A DNA stretch of 64,000 bases. It comes from a plasmid. The stretch lies in the sequence record NZ_CP018188.1; one strand, given 5' to 3'. Positions 10,925 to 20,977 of the stretch are shown piece by piece. The notes beneath the pieces are model-generated. The model saw only the letters and a program-made list of their open reading frames with translations. It searched no databases and had not been told where the DNA came from. Within the stretch, counting starts at the first letter, position 1; every line of letters starts with the position of its first letter. The position numbers and the translations under genes are program-made.

Positions 10925-11569
10925 GCATAAAATGTATATCATGCACCTTTTAGGTGTTTTTTTTGTTTTACTGTAAGTCACCTTTAATCTAAAGTTGCTA
11001 TTTTTTCATGCGTTTGCTATACTAAAGACATAAATTGTTTAATTTATATCTAATTCACCACCTCTAACGGTGAACCTTTGGTCACGTGACTAAAGAAAAG
11101 AGAAGCATGGAGGAGGAGATGTCATTACTGGTTCTGTCCCAGCAATCGGCATACCATGTTTTATAAGGGGTTAAAAGGGAGCGTACTCGCTTTTAGCTAT
11201 CAGTTAAGCCATCAGATAGAAGAAGAGGCTTAACGCTTATAACAGGTACGAGATATTTGCCTTTACTTACTTTGAAAGGCTACAACAAACGTTATTAGCA
11301 ACTAAGCATAACGAGAAGTTTATCCTATGGTTTGCCATAGGCACGCGCAATCTTGTTTTTTGAGACAAGGCTTGCCGGCTTCTTTGTTATGCTTTTTTTG
11401 TTTTGAGTTTGGGTAGTTGGACAAAAAGAAAGGCGACATCTCGATGATTAGAGGTGAGGAACAGGTGTTCCCAAATCTAAATGGTCGTCATGCGGAGGAA
11501 AGTCTATGAGCAGGTGTTCGAGGCTTTCCAAGGTCACTTTACAACAACAATTTTTAAAGGAGAAAGACA

Positions 11570-11890
11570 ATGAGAAATTCTTTCAAAACAAGCTCTACTT
11601 ATAGAGCAGCAAGAAAACAACAAATGACAGCATCAAAAAATACTTTTTTTGATGCTGACGGCATGGTGATTTCTGCTTCAGATTGGGCTACTTTAGTTCT
11701 ATCTGGGGAGGTAGATCCTAAGACTTCTTGGTCTAATGATAATGTTAAAGGGAAACTTGAGAGAGTTTCCCCACGTAGCCATTGGACTAAGAAAGGCTTC
11801 AGAGAGTACCTTGGTAAATCAAGGTATGTCTCTAAACAAGATACTCAAGCAGAAGTTCTCGAGATGATGGATCTCGAGTTAGTTTTTTAA
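11570..11890 (+). CDS. Small hypothetical protein; paralogue of the next gene
   Basis: Shares SSTYRAARK...[24 protein letters not shown]...SPRSHWTKKGF with 11903..12271. RBS aaaggagaaagacaATG. Confidence 0.55.
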   Translation: MRNSFKTSSTYRAARKQQMTASKNTFFDADGMVISASDWATLVLSGEVDPKTSWSNDNVKGKLERVSPRSHWTKKGFREYLGKSRYVSKQDTQAEVLEMMDLELVF

Positions 11891-11902
11891 AGGAGAAAGA
11901 CA

Positions 11903-12271
11903 ATGAGAAAATCAATGACGAAAAAAATGAGAATGGTTGATACCTATTCTCCAAAACACTTCAGAACAAGCTCTACTTACAGAGCAGCACGAAAAAAACA
12001 GAAAACGGCAACAAGAAAGTCGTTCTTTGATGCAGAGGGCATGATGGTCTCTGCTTCAGAATGGGCTACTTTAGTTCTTTCTGGGGAGGTAAATCCTAAA
12101 AATTCATGGTCTAATGATCATGTTAAGGGGTATATCGATTATTTATCCCCACGTAGCCATTTCACCAAGAAAGGTTACAAAGAATTTTGTGGAAAAAGCC
12201 ATAAGTTTTCTGATGGATTAGATGAAGGGGAAATCGTATTCCTCGACATTGAAGTCGTAGCAGAGGATTAA
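11903..12271 (+). CDS. Small hypothetical protein; tandem paralogue
   Basis: Same RBS. About 60% identity to the preceding ORF. Confidence 0.55.
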   Translation: MRKSMTKKMRMVDTYSPKHFRTSSTYRAARKKQKTATRKSFFDAEGMMVSASEWATLVLSGEVNPKNSWSNDHVKGYIDYLSPRSHFTKKGYKEFCGKSHKFSDGLDEGEIVFLDIEVVAED

Positions 12272-12285
12272 GAAAGGAGAAAGCA

Positions 12286-12714
12286 ATGATTAATAAAGTA
12301 ATTCTAACAGGACGTCTTGTAGACGCTCCAGAACTACGCTACACACCTTCTAACAAGGCGGTGGCGACGGCTCGAATCGCATGTCCCCGAGATTATAAAA
12401 ATCAAAACGGGGAGCGAGAGACAGACTTTATTTCTCTCGTAATCTGGGACAAAAAAGCAGAGAATTTCTCAAACTGGATCAAGAAAGGATATCTTGTGAC
12501 AGTTGAGGGACGTTTGCAAACTCGTTCTTATGAAAACCAACAAGGTCAGCGTGTATATGTGACCGAGGTTAATGTGTCAAATTTTGACAACTTACAGCCT
12601 CGTGATCATAGTAACACTTCTTCGCAAAGTCCAGATTTTGGACCTGCAGAAGGGGGCTTTCCTGGTGGCGGAGAACCGTTAGATGCTTCTATATTTGAAA
12701 ATATTCCTTTCTAG
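12286..12714 (+). CDS. ssb: Single-stranded DNA-binding protein
   Basis: OB-fold SSB signature and an acidic C-terminal tail ending in IPF. Confidence 0.85.
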   Translation: MINKVILTGRLVDAPELRYTPSNKAVATARIACPRDYKNQNGERETDFISLVIWDKKAENFSNWIKKGYLVTVEGRLQTRSYENQQGQRVYVTEVNVSNFDNLQPRDHSNTSSQSPDFGPAEGGFPGGGEPLDASIFENIPF

Positions 12715-12787
12715 ATAGCAAGGTCTTTAGAAGAAAATAGAGAGAGTTCAGTCATACTGAGCTCTTTTTGTTTATGAAAGGAGAAAA

Positions 12788-13636
12788 ATGATAGAAGAAG
12801 TAGCAATTCTACCTCCATTGACAGAGGATAATTACTACCAAGATAGGCATTACATGTCTACTTCTCGTTTTAAGGAGTACATCAAATGTCCCTTAAGGCA
12901 GGAAGTTGTTGACTTGGGCTTTTTGCCTGAGAAAACAGAGACAGAAAGCCTACTTGTTGGTAATTATGTTCATTCTTATTTTGAGAATAAAGAAGCTCAT
13001 GAAGCTTTCTTGGAAATGAATCAAGATAAGATCATAAGTCAACGAGGAAAAACCGCTGGCCAAGTAAAAGCCCCTTTCAAACAAGCAGATAAGATGATTG
13101 CTGCTTTAGAAAAAGAGGAGCTATTTAATCGTTTGTATCATGGTACAGATGATGAAATGGTGGAGAAAGAACGGATTATCACTGGTACGTTAGAAGGGAT
13201 TCCCTTCAAGTGCAAAATTGATAGTCTGAATCTTTCAGGCGGTTATTTCATAGACCTGAAAACGATGGAGAGTCTTCAGTCAGAAAAATATTCGACGACA
13301 CTTCATCGTTATACGAAGTCTCTTCTCTATAACATTGTAGAATATCAGTATACGCTACAAATGTACGTATATCAGGAGTTGCTGAAGCAAACCTACGGTT
13401 ATGAGTTTACACCTTATATTATGGCAGTTTCAAAAGAACCTGTTCCAGATAAGGAGTTAATTATGATTGATGATACTATCATTGAAATGGGGAGAGACAT
13501 CTTCTATGGGCATCTTGAAGTACTTAAAGATGCTTTAGCACATAAGTCTGTCGAAGGATGCGGTCACTGTGATTACTGTTTAACGAATAAGTCGTTGGTT
13601 ACAGCAAAAACAGTGGCAGAATTTTTACAACAATAA
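12788..13636 (+). CDS. PD-(D/E)XK-type nuclease with a 4-Cys (Fe-S) arrangement (Cas4/RecB-like exonuclease)
   Basis: One N-terminal Cys (IKCPLRQ) and a C-terminal CGHCDYC. Sits between ssb and ERF. Confidence 0.55.
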   Translation: MIEEVAILPPLTEDNYYQDRHYMSTSRFKEYIKCPLRQEVVDLGFLPEKTETESLLVGNYVHSYFENKEAHEAFLEMNQDKIISQRGKTAGQVKAPFKQADKMIAALEKEELFNRLYHGTDDEMVEKERIITGTLEGIPFKCKIDSLNLSGGYFIDLKTMESLQSEKYSTTLHRYTKSLLYNIVEYQYTLQMYVYQELLKQTYGYEFTPYIMAVSKEPVPDKELIMIDDTIIEMGRDIFYGHLEVLKDALAHKSVEGCGHCDYCLTNKSLVTAKTVAEFLQQ

Positions 13637-13690
13637 TAAATAGGAAATAAAGTGGTCTCTTGATCACTTTTTATAATTAAGGAGAAAACA

Positions 13691-14698
13691 ATGACTGTAA
13701 ATACTGAAACTATGGTAAATGAAATCATCGAGGCAAAGGTGGCTCTAGCTAAGGCTGAAATGCAACTAGAATGGCAAAAGGCTGATCAAGCTAAAAAAGA
13801 CCATTCTAAACAGGAGCCAGAGGTTATGGCTCCGCTGTTTGAAGCTTGGGCCAAGGCTCAAGCTGAGTTTGAGTCGGTAACTGCGACAAGTAGAGTCACG
13901 TTTAAGAACGTTGACTTTAAGTTCGCACCTCTATCAGAGATTTTAGGGGCTGTACGTCCAGCACTCAATAAGCATGGTCTAACTTTGACGCAGCAAACCA
14001 AACATATCCCGTTTGGTAATGCCAATGGACTCAAAGTTGTGACGACACTACTTCACGAAAGTGGTGCCTCTTACGCTATTGAGTCTGTTCCTGTGTTCTA
14101 CAATGTCAATGACATTAAGAACCTGGGAGCTCAGGTGACTTACCTGCGTCGATACGAGGTCAAAACGCTTCTTGGTATTGAGGCTGATAGCGAAGAACTA
14201 GATATGGACAATGTGCCAAATCATTCGCAATCAACACAAGAGACTGGTAATTATGGTAGTAATCATACTTATCAGTCAAATGCCCAGGCGAGAACACCTC
14301 GCAAACCAACGGGTGCTCGTTATGGGAAGTCAGCCAAGTCTGCGTCAGTTGCGTTTTCTTTGAGTAGCAGTGAACAGACATCACTAAGTGAGGTGACATC
14401 AGCTGCTAACAAAGTTGCAAGCGAGAGTGTATCACAGGCAACTAGTGAAGCTGAAGTAGCTACTCAAACGAGTGAAACAGCTACTCTAGAGCCAAAAGGG
14501 ACAAAGGCAAATGTTTGTAACGATGATCAACTGATTCAAATGGTTGCTCGTGGTGAAGAAGCGGCCATGTCTCTTGGAGCCACAGAAAGCCAGCTGCTTG
14601 AGTGGTCGGAACTAGGCGAAAGTAAAGGGTTGACTGTTCAACTCAAAGCTTTATCTGATTTTGTTGCCAAACAACGTCAACAAGCACAACAACAATAG
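13691..14698 (+). CDS. ERF-family single-strand annealing protein
   Basis: FKFAPLSEILGAVRPALNKHGL matches the conserved ERF core. The C-terminal half is low-complexity and Ser/Thr/Gln-rich. Confidence 0.6.
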   Translation: MTVNTETMVNEIIEAKVALAKAEMQLEWQKADQAKKDHSKQEPEVMAPLFEAWAKAQAEFESVTATSRVTFKNVDFKFAPLSEILGAVRPALNKHGLTLTQQTKHIPFGNANGLKVVTTLLHESGASYAIESVPVFYNVNDIKNLGAQVTYLRRYEVKTLLGIEADSEELDMDNVPNHSQSTQETGNYGSNHTYQSNAQARTPRKPTGARYGKSAKSASVAFSLSSSEQTSLSEVTSAANKVASESVSQATSEAEVATQTSETATLEPKGTKANVCNDDQLIQMVARGEEAAMSLGATESQLLEWSELGESKGLTVQLKALSDFVAKQRQQAQQQ

Positions 14699-15236
14699 GT
14701 GTAGAACAAAAAGTGGTCAGGATTTATTACGGCAACAAAATAAGAGAAATGTTCATTAGTGCCATTATCTGATTGGCATTAAGTGAACATTATCCAGAGG
14801 GTGGAACTATCCCTGGGTGAGAAAGAGTATGATATAATAGGATGAGAATTATACAACATGATCTTATAAGAATGAAGGTAGGAATGGATATGCAAAACAT
14901 TAACGATCTTTTTGAAGCATATATCGCAGAAGAGGACTCTATTAAGAAGGAGTCTTTGCTAAATATGTACAACCATGCTTTGCAACAGAAGCAAAAAGAG
15001 GTGATTAGTCGTGACTACTTTGTCAGATAGACAATCACGAGTCTTTTAGATCTTTTCCATTCAAACCGAACTTATGTCGAACAACAAGTTTGGTACACTT
15101 TCTCTAAACAGACACATCCAGAATTGTTATTTATTGGGTTTGTGGCCATTCTAGACTATTTTTTCCTATGTAACTTGCTTCGCAACAAATTGGTTTTTAA
15201 CCTGTAGTTGCCGTAGTATTTCTAATTCTCATTCTT

Positions 15237-15641
15237 TTGATAGAAGGGATTCAACACCTTTTTGTAGTTGGACAAAGGAAGGAGACGTCTATTATTAATA
15301 TACTGTGTTTTTTAGAGGGTGCCCATAAGCCAAAAAAACATAGGCAATGTATGGCTAAAGTGTGTACTTATCTAAAGAACGACGGGCATAAGGTTCGAGT
15401 AGGGTATGTTTCACTAGCAGGTCTTGAAGCTTTGGATAACAGAGGAGTCAATACAATGAGTGAAGCTGTCCCCGGAAAAAGAGTCTGGTTAATCGTTTAT
15501 GATGAAGATCGTCCCTGTAAATCCTATACGAATGAAGATATTCATTACTACAAGGAATTTGTGGATTTGTTTTCGTCACGTCTGAAACGGAGACTTTACT
15601 ACGAAGCCATGCTTAACGAACTGACAGTCCTCAAAACATGA
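15237..15641 (+). CDS. Hypothetical protein; the true start is probably internal
   Basis: The N-terminal ~30 codons overlap a repeated non-coding motif at 15264-15290. The first M is artefactual (alternative start codon in the ORF track). Confidence 0.35.
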   Translation: MIEGIQHLFVVGQRKETSIINILCFLEGAHKPKKHRQCMAKVCTYLKNDGHKVRVGYVSLAGLEALDNRGVNTMSEAVPGKRVWLIVYDEDRPCKSYTNEDIHYYKEFVDLFSSRLKRRLYYEAMLNELTVLKT

Positions 15642-15694
15642 ACAGAAAAATGGTCCTAGGGGCCATTTTTTTATTTTATAAAGGAGAAAAAACA

Positions 15695-16003
15695 ATGACA
15701 AAAAGAGAAAAAGCCTTGTGGTTACAAGAGCACTACAAGAACTACTCCCTTAAATGGTACCTAGAGAATGATGCCAGATTAAATGCGATGTTTAGAAAAG
15801 CTTATCATCGTTATATGACTGACCTGAATGTACGCGCTTCGAAAGCGCAATTGTCTCATATTGAGGACCTGGGCAAACGTATGCGAGAGGTATACGAAGA
15901 TGTCTACGGTACTAATTTTGATAGCGATTGTCGCTTAGACCGTGCAGAAACGAATCGAAAGGTGCAAGCTATCCGCTCTATGTGGGTAGTAGCACCAGCC
16001 TAG
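15695..16003 (+). CDS. Hypothetical protein
   Basis: Start chosen at the ATG preceded by aaaggagaaaaaacaATG. The ORF extends upstream to 15638. Confidence 0.5.
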   Translation: MTKREKALWLQEHYKNYSLKWYLENDARLNAMFRKAYHRYMTDLNVRASKAQLSHIEDLGKRMREVYEDVYGTNFDSDCRLDRAETNRKVQAIRSMWVVAPA

Positions 16004-16211
16004 GAGGAGGTCGTTATGGATAGAATCAGTATTCTGCTAGAAGCACTTCCTCGAAAAAGTACCATTTCGGTTTTGTATAAGGGTAGTACTGCTGTTGTAG
16101 TTGCAAGAGATGATCAAGAGCGTTTGCTTTTTAAAGTAAGCACAACAGTAACTGTCGCTATGCAACTGCAGGAAAAATGGCTTGTGGTTTAACAGGTAAA
16201 GGAGAAAAACA

Positions 16212-16868
16212 ATGACAGAAACAATTACTAGGAGACAAGTTAGACATCCAAAAGACTTTGGTGATAGAGAGCTATTCAAAAGGGCTTTCACTCACTGGAT
16301 TCCTTCAGAAAAGGTTGATGCCTTGTATTCTGAATTGCAAGGAGATTTTAAGAAGGTCTTTAAGAAGGTCTGTGAGTTAAGTATCGAGGAGTTAAAACAT
16401 TATGGATTAACTCAGAGAGATGCTATTGCCTTTCTTTCAATGCTTGAACTTTTCAAACGTTCAGAAGGTGAGGAAGAAAAGCCAACTTGTGTCACTGGGA
16501 CTGGATATTTTGCTCAAAGTATCCAAAAAGCCTATGGACATAAGAAACAAGAGCATCTTGTAGTGTGGTACTTGGATGTGCATTGTAACGTTATCGAGGA
16601 GCGAGTAGTTTTCATCGGTAGCGTTCATCGTAGTATGGCGTGTCCAAGAGAGATTTTTCACTATGCAGTGAAGAATTTAGCTCGCTACGTGCTGGTAGCT
16701 CATAACCATCCTTCTGGGAGTGTGTTTCCTTCCAGTAATGATATTAATGTTACTGAGGCCCTTGAAGATGCTGCAAAGCTCTTTGAAATGGAGGTCTTAG
16801 ACCATGTTATCGTAACGAAGGATAATTACTATTCTTTTAGAGATAACGGAAGAATGCGTTGTTTCTAG
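16212..16868 (+). CDS. radC: RadC-like JAB/MPN-domain protein
   Basis: Motif HNHPSGSVFPSSNDINVT (JAMM HxHPxG...S..D). Confidence 0.8.
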   Translation: MTETITRRQVRHPKDFGDRELFKRAFTHWIPSEKVDALYSELQGDFKKVFKKVCELSIEELKHYGLTQRDAIAFLSMLELFKRSEGEEEKPTCVTGTGYFAQSIQKAYGHKKQEHLVVWYLDVHCNVIEERVVFIGSVHRSMACPREIFHYAVKNLARYVLVAHNHPSGSVFPSSNDINVTEALEDAAKLFEMEVLDHVIVTKDNYYSFRDNGRMRCF

Positions 16869-16883
16869 GAAAGGAGAAAAAGA

Positions 16884-17372
16884 ATGGGAAATATCTCTAA
16901 TGCCTTTGGCAAGGTAACTATTTCCGCACCAACAATGTCAGATATTGAGGTGCTTGTGGCTACTCATAGGGTAATCAATGAAAAAGCTTGGATCCCAACG
17001 ACTCTAAAAGGTCATCCAAGAAAAGCAGATTGTATCACAACTGAAGAAGGACTTGTCTCAGTGACACTTCCTTTTACAGCTTGTGGGAACTGGAATATTC
17101 GAGAGAATATCGATAGCTTTTTGACTAACATCTTAAAGCAAGATACCACTCTTAGCGATATCCCAATGTCTGCCACATTTGATTATGTAGATGCAGAGTC
17201 TGGCGTGAACTTTATTTATAAAGCAACCGTTATGACTCGCAATGTCCCAGGTAAAGGGGTAACCACTGAACTCTTAACAGATGAAGACCTTGGGGATTAC
17301 TCAGAGTCTTATCTAAAAGAGCTAGAGGAAGCCTATGATCAAGAGCTTGCTTTAGGCCGACTGTCTATCTAA
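16884..17372 (+). CDS. Hypothetical protein
   Basis: RBS aaaggagaaaaagaATG. Confidence 0.5.
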   Translation: MGNISNAFGKVTISAPTMSDIEVLVATHRVINEKAWIPTTLKGHPRKADCITTEEGLVSVTLPFTACGNWNIRENIDSFLTNILKQDTTLSDIPMSATFDYVDAESGVNFIYKATVMTRNVPGKGVTTELLTDEDLGDYSESYLKELEEAYDQELALGRLSI

Positions 17373-17424
17373 AAATGGTGTTATAATAGACATAAAGAAA
17401 AACATGTTGGCGAGGAAACAGAGC

Positions 17425-17868
17425 ATGAAAGAGACATTCTTTTGGAACTTTAGTTCAGATGCAATCTCGACCTTATCTGATTTGACGTCAGAAGGTTTTG
17501 AAGTTGATTGGACGGTAAGGAGTTCATCTAATGCTATTACCAGTGGTTTTGTGATTCAAGGGGAGGTTTCTGGAATGATTGAGTTCACTCCAGAGCCAAG
17601 TGATGCATACACCTTTGTTCATAAGTTAGAGGTTCGTATGGACAAGAAAAATCAAGGGATAGCAGGGCTTTTGTTAGCACATGTTGCCCAAGATGCTCTC
17701 AATCGTGGTTTTGAGGGGGTCATGATGTGTCTTTCAAAGACTGCTCTTTTAGACTACTACGTGCGTCGCTATGGATGCAGTCGTATTGCAAACACCAACC
17801 GTGTGATATTTCATACGGCAGCATGCCAGTTGCTTATTGACCGCTTTTTGAAGGAAGGAGTAGACTAA
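17425..17868 (+). CDS. Hypothetical protein
   Basis: Second in-frame ATG with RBS gaggaaa. The ORF opens at 17404. Confidence 0.45.
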   Translation: MKETFFWNFSSDAISTLSDLTSEGFEVDWTVRSSSNAITSGFVIQGEVSGMIEFTPEPSDAYTFVHKLEVRMDKKNQGIAGLLLAHVAQDALNRGFEGVMMCLSKTALLDYYVRRYGCSRIANTNRVIFHTAACQLLIDRFLKEGVD

Positions 17869-17870
17869 CC

Positions 17871-18050
17871 ATGAGGATAGTAGAACAATTTAAGGCCGAT
17901 TGGAAGTCTTTAGGTTTACCAGAAAAACCATACAAGACACCAGAGGAGATTGAAATGATCAAGAACGGTAATCTTGTGTGGGCTGCGCGTGTTGAAGAAA
18001 AATTGGGGCGTAAGTTAAGCCCACGAGAACTTGATGAGATGCAGTGGTAA
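17871..18050 (+). CDS. Small hypothetical protein (59 aa)
   Basis: RBS ggaaggagtagactaaccATG. Below the ORF-track length cut-off. Confidence 0.35.
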   Translation: MRIVEQFKADWKSLGLPEKPYKTPEEIEMIKNGNLVWAARVEEKLGRKLSPRELDEMQW

Positions 18051-18167
18051 TTCACATCTATAAATAGTATATCGTGTAAGATACATCGTATACTGGATAT
18101 ATAAGAGAAAGAGGAAGGTAGTAATTCTAGGTTACACCTCCTCTTTTTTCTATGGAGGAGAAAAACA

Positions 18168-18524
18168 ATGACAAAAAAACATATCTATATTTATAAAAAT
18201 AAAAAAACACAGGAAGTCTTTGCAGATCTTTTTGCTAAAGACCTTCTTGAAGGCGTTACAACATTCCCTCGGATTGATAACGCTCAATCTTATTCATTTT
18301 TGGAACTCTCTTGTCTTTATCTCAAGAGAATTCTAGAAATGAAGGAGCGTAAGGTTCAAACCTTATTCGTTGAGGGAAAACCTGAACCAGCACTTGCTTC
18401 AGCATTGTTACAAGCACGTGTTATGGGACTGAATGTTGTCATCGAATTGATGACAACTGAAAGCAATAGCGAGACACAAGAAGAGTTCAAGGAGCTCGGT
18501 CTTGACGATGTTGTAATGGCGTGA
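18168..18524 (+). CDS. Hypothetical protein
   Basis: RBS ggaggagaaaaacaATG. Confidence 0.5.
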   Translation: MTKKHIYIYKNKKTQEVFADLFAKDLLEGVTTFPRIDNAQSYSFLELSCLYLKRILEMKERKVQTLFVEGKPEPALASALLQARVMGLNVVIELMTTESNSETQEEFKELGLDDVVMA

Positions 18525-18548
18525 TTGGAATCAAGAAGGAGAAAAACA

Positions 18549-19175
18549 ATGACAGGAATCACTCAAGGTCTCTACTATATTGAAAAGGTTCACCAATATA
18601 ATACGAATATTGGTGGCTTTCCGTCAGACTTAATCAATGATCGAATTTCAGCGATTATTGCTAGTAACAAGACGGATATGCAACAAAGTTTGCGATTCAG
18701 ACCCGTTAGAAACGTGGTTTTGAATCGAGAGGGTGTATCTAATCTTCCACCTATTGAAATCCCGTTTGAATCTTCACTTTATTATGAAGTTGAAGAAATA
18801 AATCCGGGGTTATCCAAGCTAGTTGTTACAGCGGAACATGCCGCAGCCTTTCAAGAATCGGATATTCGCATGTTGGAAGCTCGCTTAACTATGTTACAGC
18901 GTGCCAAAGAATGTGGAAATTTTACGACAAGTAATTTTCCGAGTCGTTTTCCAAAGGAAGCAAGAGATGATTTAAGTCAGTTAGATCTTCTAGCTTGGGA
19001 AACAAAAGATATGCCAACATATCTTTTCTGTTTGATGGAATCAGCATTAGATAGTTACCGGGGATTTTATTCCTTGAGAGACCTAATGGAGGATGCTAAC
19101 GGCACCCTTCAGCAAGGTTATGATAAAGCTGTTTACTGGCTCTATAGTGGAGTCAAAGGACAATATGAATATTAG
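18549..19175 (+). CDS. Hypothetical protein; its 3' third is duplicated at 54721
   Basis: RBS aaggagaaaaacaATG. The ORF extends back to 18525 (TTG). Confidence 0.5.
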   Translation: MTGITQGLYYIEKVHQYNTNIGGFPSDLINDRISAIIASNKTDMQQSLRFRPVRNVVLNREGVSNLPPIEIPFESSLYYEVEEINPGLSKLVVTAEHAAAFQESDIRMLEARLTMLQRAKECGNFTTSNFPSRFPKEARDDLSQLDLLAWETKDMPTYLFCLMESALDSYRGFYSLRDLMEDANGTLQQGYDKAVYWLYSGVKGQYEY

Positions 19176-19186
19176 AAGGAGAAAAA

Positions 19187-19348
19187 ATGACTAAACATAG
19201 TTATACAGCAACATTTAAGCGTAAAGATGAAACCGTCTTTACGAAAACGTTTCTAGCTTCAGATTTGTTTGAAGCTGATGACCACGCATTGCAGTTTGCT
19301 ACTAAGCGAGATATTCTCTATCTCGACTTAGGGCCTGCAGTTCAGTAA
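19187..19348 (+). CDS. Small conserved protein (53 aa) at the element terminus
   Basis: RBS gaaggagaaaaaATG. Paralogue at 54953..55111 and a fragment at 34860-34935. Confidence 0.5.
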   Translation: MTKHSYTATFKRKDETVFTKTFLASDLFEADDHALQFATKRDILYLDLGPAVQ

Positions 19349-19349
19349 A

Positions 19350-19386
19350 AAGTTAAGCTACGTATTTTATACGTGGCTTTTTTAAA
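19350..19386 (+). terminator. Rho-independent terminator
   Basis: Stem aagctacgta/tacgtggctt followed by a T run. The same hairpin recurs at 34936-34972. Confidence 0.6.
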
Positions 19387-19550
19387 AGGGTTAAACGATC
19401 TACTGGTTTTTATCGCTTGCCAAAAACTCGTGCTTTGGTGGCATCCTTATTGAAGAAATTAAACCCGAAATAGTTGATAAAAAAGAAATAAAATGCTAAC
19501 ATTTAATAAAAGTGTTAGCATTTTATTTCTTACGAAAGGATAGTGCTATT

Positions 19551-20141
19551 ATGAATAATATTGAAATGATTATGGCTTCTTTTCAACAACATCAAGGATT
19601 TTTGACCTTTCAACAAGTACTTGAAGAGAAATTACCTTACAAAATGTTGCTGAGAATGATTGATGAGGGACAAGTAGAGGTTGAAGGAAAGGGGTTATAT
19701 CGCCTCCCTGATACTTATCTGGACGAATGGTTCGTGGCGCAGCAACGTTTTTCAAAAGGAATTTTTTCTTTAGAAACAGCTCTTTGGTTACATGGATTAT
19801 CACTAACAGTTCCCTTTGAGATGACCATGAGCTTCCCTTATGGAACCAATACAAAAAATGTTAAATCAGAAGGTATACGTCCGATAGTTCTTCGTTCTTA
19901 TTACGATGAAGGAATTATTGAGCTTGAGCGACAAGTGGGTCAGAAGATTAAGGTGTACGAGCCGGAGAGGGTTTTAGCAGAGTGTTTAAGACCAGTTTAT
20001 CATGTTGATGTTCAAGTTATAGCTCCTGCATTTAAGATGTATTTTCAAAATCACAAAGTTAACTATTCAAAACTGTTTCACTATGCACAGTTATTCAAGG
20101 TGACTAACAAGTTGCAATCTTACATGGAGGTATTAACCTAA
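19551..20141 (+). CDS. abiEi: AbiEi-like antitoxin or transcriptional regulator
   Basis: About 200 aa, immediately upstream of and overlapping the DUF1814 gene, the typical AbiEi position. Confidence 0.55.
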   Translation: MNNIEMIMASFQQHQGFLTFQQVLEEKLPYKMLLRMIDEGQVEVEGKGLYRLPDTYLDEWFVAQQRFSKGIFSLETALWLHGLSLTVPFEMTMSFPYGTNTKNVKSEGIRPIVLRSYYDEGIIELERQVGQKIKVYEPERVLAECLRPVYHVDVQVIAPAFKMYFQNHKVNYSKLFHYAQLFKVTNKLQSYMEVLT

Positions 20142-20977
20142 TGTTTTCCAATGCAAATAGCTTTAAGGCAAAGATTAAGAATATGGCTAAGGATAGAGGT
20201 ATTCCTGCCCAGCAGCTTCAGCAAAACTTCCTGATTGAACAGGTATTGAAATTGATTGCTAAAAGTTCCTATAAGGACTCTTTCATTGTTAAAGGTGGCT
20301 ATCTAATAGGACAGTTGATAGGACTAGATAAGCGAACGACAATGGATTTAGATGTGACGCTTAAAGGGACTACACTTAGCCAAGAAAATCTGATTGCCAT
20401 CTTCGAAGAGATTCTTTCGGATTCGGATGATGTCTTTTCATTTGAAGTAGATAAACTAGAGCCGATTCGCCAAGATGACGAATACGGGGGATTTTCTCTA
20501 AAACTCAATGCTACATTTGATACTTTAAGAGAGGTTGTTTTCATCGACATTACAACGGGTGATAAGATTACACCTAGAGAAATTACTTATTCGATGCCAT
20601 CTCTGTTTGCAAATGAAACCATTGAGGTTTGGACTTATAATTTGGAAACTGTCCTAGCTGAAAAATTGGAAACGATCATTAGCCGAGGAGTAGCATCAAC
20701 ACGTCCTCGTGATCGTTATGACCTTTTTACCTTGTATCATATCAGAAAAGATGAGATAAATTTCGATGTGTTGCGTGAAGCCCTGGCCAATACTGTAGAA
20801 AAACGAGGAAGTAAAGAGGCTATTGATATTTGGGAAAGTCAGCTAAATAGTATTGAGACTGATGAGTATCAAAAGCAACTTTGGACACGTTATCAAAGAC
20901 AATTCAAATATGCACAAGATATTTCTTTTGAGAAATCAGTTCAGATTGTTAGAGAACTCATGACAACTATTATGTAA
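20141..20977 (+). CDS. abiEii: AbiEii/AbiGii-family nucleotidyltransferase toxin (DUF1814)
   Basis: N-terminal KAKIKNMAKDRGI...FIVKGGYLI...RTTMDLDV is typical of DUF1814. Confidence 0.65.
   Translation: MFSNANSFKAKIKNMAKDRGIPAQQLQQNFLIEQVLKLIAKSSYKDSFIVKGGYLIGQLIGLDKRTTMDLDVTLKGTTLSQENLIAIFEEILSDSDDVFSFEVDKLEPIRQDDEYGGFSLKLNATFDTLREVVFIDITTGDKITPREITYSMPSLFANETIEVWTYNLETVLAEKLETIISRGVASTRPRDRYDLFTLYHIRKDEINFDVLREALANTVEKRGSKEAIDIWESQLNSIETDEYQKQLWTRYQRQFKYAQDISFEKSVQIVRELMTTIM

Noticed and set aside
10778-10981. 67-aa ORF on the minus strand
   Set aside because: It is composed of the two 35-bp direct repeats (SNRTVTKP twice). It is a repeat artefact.
14160-14399. 79-aa minus-strand ORF inside the ERF gene
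   Set aside because: It is antisense within a supported CDS.
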